Below are positions 58,176 through 64,000 of a DNA stretch of 64,000 bases, one piece after another. The notes below the pieces were generated by a model. The model saw nothing but the letters and a program-made list of their open reading frames with translations, was not told the origin of the DNA and searched no databases. Within the stretch, counting starts at the first letter, position 1, and each line of letters begins with the position of its first letter. The DNA is from Desulfatiglandales bacterium (GTDB lineage: Bacteria; Desulfobacterota; DSM-4660; Desulfatiglandales; HGW-15): positions 1,056,001 through 1,120,000 of the forward strand of contig CAXXJJ010000004.1 of assembly GCA_963667015.2 (NCBI GenBank). The letters are read 5' to 3'. A program made the translations under genes and the position numbers.

Positions 58176-58504
58176 TTAAAGTACCTCCTTGACAGTGTAT
58201 AAAAATAGCCGTTAGACAGCCGAAATGCACTTTTATCATGCCACAGGTTTACCATGATTATATGAAGAAAAACAATAAAGGTCAGAGCCAAACACCCTTT
58301 TTATGGGACAATCAATAGTAGATGGCAAAAATGAAATTCACTATTTTTAATCCTTTTAATTTTCAGTTTTAACTAAATAGATTTATTAATTGTCATTTCA
58401 ATATGTTATAAATTAATTATTATATTTAACCGTATTCAATAGAATACGATAAATTACAATTATTACCGATTACATTTGAAATAGAAATTCCAAAAAACTA
58501 TCCT

Positions 58505-59404
58505 GTGCATAATATCTATACAAAAGGTCAAAAAACCATGAGCACACCCGGAGAGATTCCATCAAAAAAAGAAATAAAACGTCCCGATATTTTTGACTAC
58601 CTCGATTACAGATCTTTTCTCAGAGATCTATTCAATTATAAAAAATTTAAAAATCACCTTTATTCATACAGGGTATTTTCAGGAAAAGCGGGCTTTTCAT
58701 CTCCCAATTTCCTTAAGCTTGTAATTGATGGCAAGAGAAATCTGACAAATGAGAGTATTGGGAAAATTTCAAAGGGTTTTGTTTTAAAAAAACAGGAAAG
58801 GGATTTTTTTGAAAATCTGGTATTCATGAATCAGGCCTCTTCAGATGATGAAAAAAATCACTATCTCCAGAAGATGATGGCATCAAATGGATATCTTAAA
58901 TCCCATAAAATAGACAGATCAAACTACATATATTTTTCCAAGTGGTATTACCCGGCAATAAGAGAGATTGCAATTTTTGGGGAGCGTAATTCAACTCCTG
59001 AACAGATAGCAAATAAACTGAATCCCAATATAACAACCAGGGAAGTTGAAAAAGCCCTTGAAATATTATTGGAGCTTGGTCTGCTCAGAAAAGATAAAGC
59101 CGGGTTATGGGAACAGCCTGATAAAGTAATAACAACAGGCCCGGAGGTGATGAAATCTCTTATAATTTCAAATTATCATAGAGAAATGATAAAGCTGGGT
59201 ATGGAGGCGCTTGAACGTCACCAAAAAAATAAAAGAGATATAAGCGGAGTAACATTGAGTGTAAAGAAAGGGAAAATCTCAGAAATAAAAAAGAGAATTA
59301 TTGAATTCAGAAAAGAACTTTTAAAAATGGAAAGTGAAGATAAAGATCCTGAGCAGGTTATACAAATAAACATACAGGCTTTTCCCTTAACAAAAATAGA
59401 CTAA
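58505..59404 (+). CDS. TIGR02147 (DUF4423) family protein
   Basis: IFDYLDYR.FL.D......SYR.F..KAGFSSPNFLKLVI.GKRNL, FF..LV..NQ, WYYPAIRE, RDIS..T, QINIQ.FPL; probable start ATG 58538. Confidence 0.88.
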   Translation: MHNIYTKGQKTMSTPGEIPSKKEIKRPDIFDYLDYRSFLRDLFNYKKFKNHLYSYRVFSGKAGFSSPNFLKLVIDGKRNLTNESIGKISKGFVLKKQERDFFENLVFMNQASSDDEKNHYLQKMMASNGYLKSHKIDRSNYIYFSKWYYPAIREIAIFGERNSTPEQIANKLNPNITTREVEKALEILLELGLLRKDKAGLWEQPDKVITTGPEVMKSLIISNYHREMIKLGMEALERHQKNKRDISGVTLSVKKGKISEIKKRIIEFRKELLKMESEDKDPEQVIQINIQAFPLTKID

Positions 59405-59414
59405 GGAGAGAGAG

Positions 59415-61394
59415 ATGGCCAGATCAATAAATAATAACTCAAAGTCATACCTCATTCTAATAATTTTATTGAGCATGACTTACATAATAGCGTGCAAGGG
59501 TGTCAGGGTTGGTACCGAAGTAGGTAATACTTCTTCCAACAGCTGGAATGAACTGGAAATATATATTAAAGGCGAGTTCAGCGAGAGTGTTTTACCATCA
59601 GAGGTATACGAATTCGAGACAGGCCTGGTGCCTGCTGAGCTCAGTGATGTTGCCAATGATTATTATTCAGCTGGAGACTACTCCCGGACCAATGTTCAGG
59701 AGATAGGAGTAGATGAATCAGACAAAGTAAAATCGGACGGCACATACCTTTACATAGCAGGTGACAGCGCGGTTCATATTGTAAATGCGGTCCCTGCTGA
59801 TTCCATGAACATCATTAGCACAATCAACGTTAATGGGACTGTTGATTCACTCTATCTCGATAATAATACTTTAATAATACTCTACGAATACAGTTCAGGA
59901 AGAGGTTTAACATGGTCAGGTTCAAGTCCGTGCATAACCGTGGGATTATCATATTGTACACCTGTGGAAACCAGACTTGGAGTTTTGATAACTGATGTCT
60001 CAGATCCGTCCTCTCCCGATTGGATTAAGGAATGGATCATTGACGGCTGGATGGTCTCCTCACGTTTAACCGGCAGCAAACTTCACATCGTACAGAAGTT
60101 CCTCCCTGATCTTCCGCCGCTACAGCAAATATATGATGGAACAGAAGAAGAAAGAGCTGAAGCGGTTGCAGCAAACAAAGCAGCGCTGAAGGATATGCCT
60201 CTCAGTGAACTTATACCCTACTATGATGTTATTAATAAAAACGGCAATATAAGCCGTACGTCCCCCCTCATAATCCCTGAAGATTTCTATCGTCCTGCGG
60301 AATCAAACGGTGGAAGCGTAATAAGCATAGTAACAATTGATCTGGACAACCCATCTGAAGATTTTAAGAGTAAAGGACTTATTGCTGATGCACATACTGT
60401 TTATGCATCAACCGATGCCATATATATAGCTTCTTCCCAATGGAACAACGAAACAGTAGCACTGGGTGAAACAAGAGAATATTACTGGACCTTCCTTTAC
60501 AAGTTTTCACTTGCCGGTGAAGAGGCTACAGTGGAAGGAACAGGGGAAGTAAGAGGTAAAATACTTAACCAGTTTTCTATGGGTGAATACGATGATGTCC
60601 TTCGAATCGCTACAGCATCGAGAACTTCTATTGAAGGTGTATGGGGAGTTACAAATGAAAACAATATATACTGCCTTGAGGCCGGAAACGGCAGTCTGGA
60701 TATTATAGGGAGCCTGGAAGGAATAGCACCCGGAGAAGATATCTATGCAGCCCGTTTTATTGGGCCCCATGGATTTATGGTGACCTTTGTCAAGGTTGAT
60801 CCGCTTTTCACAATTGATTTATCCGACCCGTCTAACCCTGTAATTGCAGGAGAGCTGCACGTACCGGGATATTCAGACTATATCCATCCTCTGGGAAATG
60901 ATCATTTGATTACAATCGGCAAAGATACAGTATTGGATGATTTCGGGAATGTATGGTATCAGGGATTACAATTATCCATTTTCGATATCAGTGATTTTGC
61001 TAACCCTCAGCTCCTGCATAGCGAGGTGATTGGTGACCGGGGAACAGAATCACTTGCCCTATATGATCACAAGGCATTCACTTTCTGGGATGAAAATGGT
61101 CTTCTTGCAATCCCCGTAGATCTTTTTGAGCATGAGACAGAACCGGCCTATCCATATACGTATGGTGAGTATACCTTTAGCGGCCTCTATGTATACCGTA
61201 TTACTACTGAAGAAGGCTTTAACTATCTAGGCAGGATAAATACTGATTTCTACATCTACTATGGCGATGATTGGCTCAGGGGACTCTTTATTGAAAATGA
61301 TGTCTATGCTGTTAATGGTGAAACTGTACGTTCATCAAATATAGACGATATTGCAGGGACAGTGAATACATTGACTTTCCCGAACAGTGATTAA
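59415..61394 (+). CDS. lipoprotein with beta-propeller domain (Beta_propel family)
   Basis: Lipobox IIAC; YS.TNVQE.GVDE.D.VKSDG.Y; G.ILNQFSM.EY...LRIAT; E.IYAARF.G...F.VTF...DPL. Confidence 0.85.
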   Translation: MARSINNNSKSYLILIILLSMTYIIACKGVRVGTEVGNTSSNSWNELEIYIKGEFSESVLPSEVYEFETGLVPAELSDVANDYYSAGDYSRTNVQEIGVDESDKVKSDGTYLYIAGDSAVHIVNAVPADSMNIISTINVNGTVDSLYLDNNTLIILYEYSSGRGLTWSGSSPCITVGLSYCTPVETRLGVLITDVSDPSSPDWIKEWIIDGWMVSSRLTGSKLHIVQKFLPDLPPLQQIYDGTEEERAEAVAANKAALKDMPLSELIPYYDVINKNGNISRTSPLIIPEDFYRPAESNGGSVISIVTIDLDNPSEDFKSKGLIADAHTVYASTDAIYIASSQWNNETVALGETREYYWTFLYKFSLAGEEATVEGTGEVRGKILNQFSMGEYDDVLRIATASRTSIEGVWGVTNENNIYCLEAGNGSLDIIGSLEGIAPGEDIYAARFIGPHGFMVTFVKVDPLFTIDLSDPSNPVIAGELHVPGYSDYIHPLGNDHLITIGKDTVLDDFGNVWYQGLQLSIFDISDFANPQLLHSEVIGDRGTESLALYDHKAFTFWDENGLLAIPVDLFEHETEPAYPYTYGEYTFSGLYVYRITTEEGFNYLGRINTDFYIYYGDDWLRGLFIENDVYAVNGETVRSSNIDDIAGTVNTLTFPNSD

Positions 61395-61478
61395 ATTTGT
61401 ACAATTTACTTTGCGCGGATTGAGTATAAGCATTGGTTTGATTTTTTATTACCTTATTTAAAATATGAGGAGGAAGCA

Positions 61479-62825
61479 ATGAAAATCAGAAAACCTGCAA
61501 TATTAATTTTGTTTCTTTCATTCCTGACTGGGGCAATCATTCTGTTTAATGCATGTAATGAAGATGGCAATGAGTCTCTCAATGAGTCCAATAACGATTC
61601 CGGCTTCGAGCTACTCGCATCATCGGAATCAAGGGAACTCAATCCTGTTAATACAGAAAATGAATCCAGCCTGTTTATAGCTGATAACAACACCTTTGCA
61701 ATTGATCTATACCATGCAATAGGAGATGAAGAGGAAAACCTGTTTTTTTCTCCTTACAGTATTTCAACTGCCATGTCGATGACATGGGCAGGGGCAAGGA
61801 ATCGGACGGAAACACAGATGGCAGATGCCATGCAGTTCAATTTTTATCAGGAAAAACTGCATCCGCTTTTTAACGAACTGGATCTGGATCTGAACAGCCG
61901 AAATCAGAACGATCCTGAAAATAACGATAAATATTTAAGGTTGAATATCAATAATGAGGTATGGGGACAGAAAGACTATTCTTTTCTGGATACATATCTG
62001 GATACATTGATGATCAATTATGGCACAGGTATCCGCCTGGTTGATTTTTTTAATTATCCCGATGACGCACGTGTTGACATAAATGACTGGGTAGCAGAGC
62101 AAACCGAAAATAAGATAGAGAACCTTCTTGCTCCGAACGATGTTACAAGCGATACAAGGCTTGTGTTGACCAATACGATTTATTTCAATGCCTCCTGGGG
62201 AATCCCCTTTGATCCTGATGACACATATGACGGCACTTTTTATCTTGAAGATGGATCCACCGTAACAGTTCCCATGATGATTCCCGAGGCAGGGTATGGT
62301 GAAAATGGTGAGATTTATGCTGCCGCAGAAGGTAGTGATTATCAGGCAGTAGAGTTGCCATATTATGGCGATGCTTTTTCCATGATTATTATCATCCCTG
62401 ATTCAGGCAGATTTGGAACCTTTGAACAGAACCTTGATTCTTCGGTTATTGATGAAATCCTTAATAACCTTGAAGTGCGGGAAGTCACTTTAAGGATGCC
62501 TAAATTTGAATGTGAATCGAGGTTTAACCTGTCAGAAACCCTTTCTGAAATGGGAATGCCGGATGCATTTACTCCTGGTGTTGCTGATTTTTCCGGAATG
62601 GATGGAACTCTAAACCTGTTCATTGGCAAGGTTATTCACCAGGCATCTATAACTATTGACGAATCCGGAACAGAGGCCGCTGCAGCCACTGCGGTGCTTA
62701 TGTATGGAACTTCGGCGCCTGACGATCCGCTTGAGATAACTGTTGACCGTCCTTTTATCTATATGATTCGTGACAATCAAACCGGTGCTATTCTGTTTCT
62801 GGGCCGGGTTAAAAATCCGGGCTAA
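61479..62825 (+). CDS. serpin (serine protease inhibitor) lipoprotein
   Basis: Lipobox LFNAC; NLFFSPYSI, IN.WV...T..KI, LVL.N.IYF.A.W, E.GTEAAAAT hinge, VDRPF.Y.IRD..TG.ILF.GRV. Confidence 0.95.
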   Translation: MKIRKPAILILFLSFLTGAIILFNACNEDGNESLNESNNDSGFELLASSESRELNPVNTENESSLFIADNNTFAIDLYHAIGDEEENLFFSPYSISTAMSMTWAGARNRTETQMADAMQFNFYQEKLHPLFNELDLDLNSRNQNDPENNDKYLRLNINNEVWGQKDYSFLDTYLDTLMINYGTGIRLVDFFNYPDDARVDINDWVAEQTENKIENLLAPNDVTSDTRLVLTNTIYFNASWGIPFDPDDTYDGTFYLEDGSTVTVPMMIPEAGYGENGEIYAAAEGSDYQAVELPYYGDAFSMIIIIPDSGRFGTFEQNLDSSVIDEILNNLEVREVTLRMPKFECESRFNLSETLSEMGMPDAFTPGVADFSGMDGTLNLFIGKVIHQASITIDESGTEAAAATAVLMYGTSAPDDPLEITVDRPFIYMIRDNQTGAILFLGRVKNPG

Positions 62826-62992
62826 AGGAATGCTTTTATATATAACGCTACAGCTAAAAACGATTAATTGAACCTTATTGCTTTTTATCAATAACACAAT
62901 ATATGCGCACTGTAATAACAAAATAAAAAATAACTTAGATTTAAGGCATCGCGCCAACGTACCATATCATTCAATACAAAGAGAAATGAGTC

Positions 62993-63463
62993 ATGAAACT
63001 AACATATATTTATTTATTAATAATTTTTATTTTCACTTCAACTGTATGCGGATGTAGTGATGAAGATGGACCGGCTGATCAATATACCGGCTCCAGTATC
63101 TTCACCTTTGATACAGCAATAGAACCCACAACCTTAACACAGGAGGATGATCTATGCCTCTATTCATATCTTGAGTCTTTCGTAGCAAGATGCGAGGCCT
63201 GTGAAATTGAAAACGAATCAGACCTTTTAACCTTCAATGGGACACTGGAAGAATATGAACATGTATCTCTCAATGATATGGATACTCATACCTATTTTTT
63301 CATCAGGGATCCCGGTTGTCCGGATTATTTTGATTATGCTGACCACAGCTACAGCAACAATATATTAACAATTACCCTTGATGAATTTCATCAAAAGGAT
63401 GCTGCTTGTCCAGCCGCAATATATCAGGTGTATCTTGTTTTTAAGGCAGAAAAGAATTCATAG
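62993..63463 (+). CDS. hypothetical lipoprotein
   Basis: Lipobox VCGC; Cys pairs; acidic. Confidence 0.6.
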   Translation: MKLTYIYLLIIFIFTSTVCGCSDEDGPADQYTGSSIFTFDTAIEPTTLTQEDDLCLYSYLESFVARCEACEIENESDLLTFNGTLEEYEHVSLNDMDTHTYFFIRDPGCPDYFDYADHSYSNNILTITLDEFHQKDAACPAAIYQVYLVFKAEKNS

Positions 63464-63490
63464 CCAGCGAGGTTCCTGATGTTGTTCAAG

Positions 63491-63539
63491 TACCATCCGG
63501 GGTGGTCAAAAAACCCCTCCCTGACCGCCCTGGTTGGTA
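63491..63539. terminator. long GC-rich hairpin between convergent genes
   Basis: taccatccggggtggtca-loop-tgaccgccctggttggta followed by T-rich tract. Confidence 0.45.
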
Positions 63540-63574
63540 TTTTTGATTTTTTGACCTTATTTCATTATCTACAC

Positions 63575-64000
63575 TTATATTTCGCCATTAAAAGATTCCC
63601 TGAAAAGATTAAGCCTGTAGTATTTGCCCCTGGCAGCCATTAACTCTTCATGGTTTCCCTGTTCAAGTATTTTTCCATGCCCCATAACAATGATCCTGTC
63701 GGCCTTTTTTATGGTTGAAAGCCTGTGGGCAACAACCAGGGTTGTCCTGCTTCTGGTCATTCGGTCGATTGCATCCTGGATCAATCTCTCTGTTTCAGGG
63801 TCAACACTTGAGGTTGCCTCGTCAAGAATCAGGATATCCGTGTTGAATGCAAGGGCCCTTGAAAAGGAGAGCAACTGCCTCTCGCCTCCAGACAGTGTAC
63901 TGCCACCCTCGCTCATCTCCTGATTAAAATTATCAGGAAGTCTGTCAATAAACCATTTTGCGTTAGCCTCCATGGCAGCCTCTTCTATGTCCGCCATAGA
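63575..64000 (-). CDS. ABC exporter ATP-binding domain, C-terminal fragment (runs off window end)
   Basis: LSGGERQL, ILILDEATSSVD, VAHRLSTI. Confidence 0.92.
   Translation of the reverse strand, partial: SMADIEEAAMEANAKWFIDRLPDNFNQEMSEGGSTLSGGERQLLSFSRALAFNTDILILDEATSSVDPETERLIQDAIDRMTRSRTTLVVAHRLSTIKKADRIIVMGHGKILEQGNHEELMAARGKYYRLNLFRESFNGEI

Noticed and set aside
63460..63560. Possible structured ncRNA (SRP/riboswitch)
   Set aside because: Only one long hairpin; no SRP or riboswitch consensus that I can recognise

Overview
AT-rich bacterial chromosomal window, most consistent with an anaerobic deltaproteobacterium (Desulfobacterales-like; inferred from gene content only). It has about 50 CDS and no rRNA, tRNA or CRISPR array that I can recognise. 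Content includes anaerobic redox enzymes (two AOR-family proteins, an atypical xanthine-dehydrogenase-family subunit, a glycyl-radical enzyme with no adjacent activase, an OYE-type flavoenzyme), greB, prc and a ClC channel, plus many GTAG-type REP palindromes and one complete ISAzo13-like element. The most unusual loci are: (1) a BlaI repressor with three TACAnnTGTA boxes heading three tandem BlaR1/M56 proteins, whose C-terminal parts are shortened, reordered pieces of secretins and of a Wzc/GumC coiled coil (one copy frameshifted and split by the IS); (2) a secreted phosphatase-kinase fusion followed by an ATP/ADP-translocase-family transporter, suggesting ATP-supplied extracytoplasmic phosphorylation; (3) a YtrA/YtrB operon with five diverged ~500-aa permease paralogs and a TraB/GumN protease; (4) a leader-peptide attenuator upstream of two tiny ORFs; (5) an orphan protein resembling DGR targets; (6) a TIGR02147 gene followed by a beta-propeller, a serpin and a third lipoprotein. 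All family assignments come from recognising motifs by eye, not from database searches.
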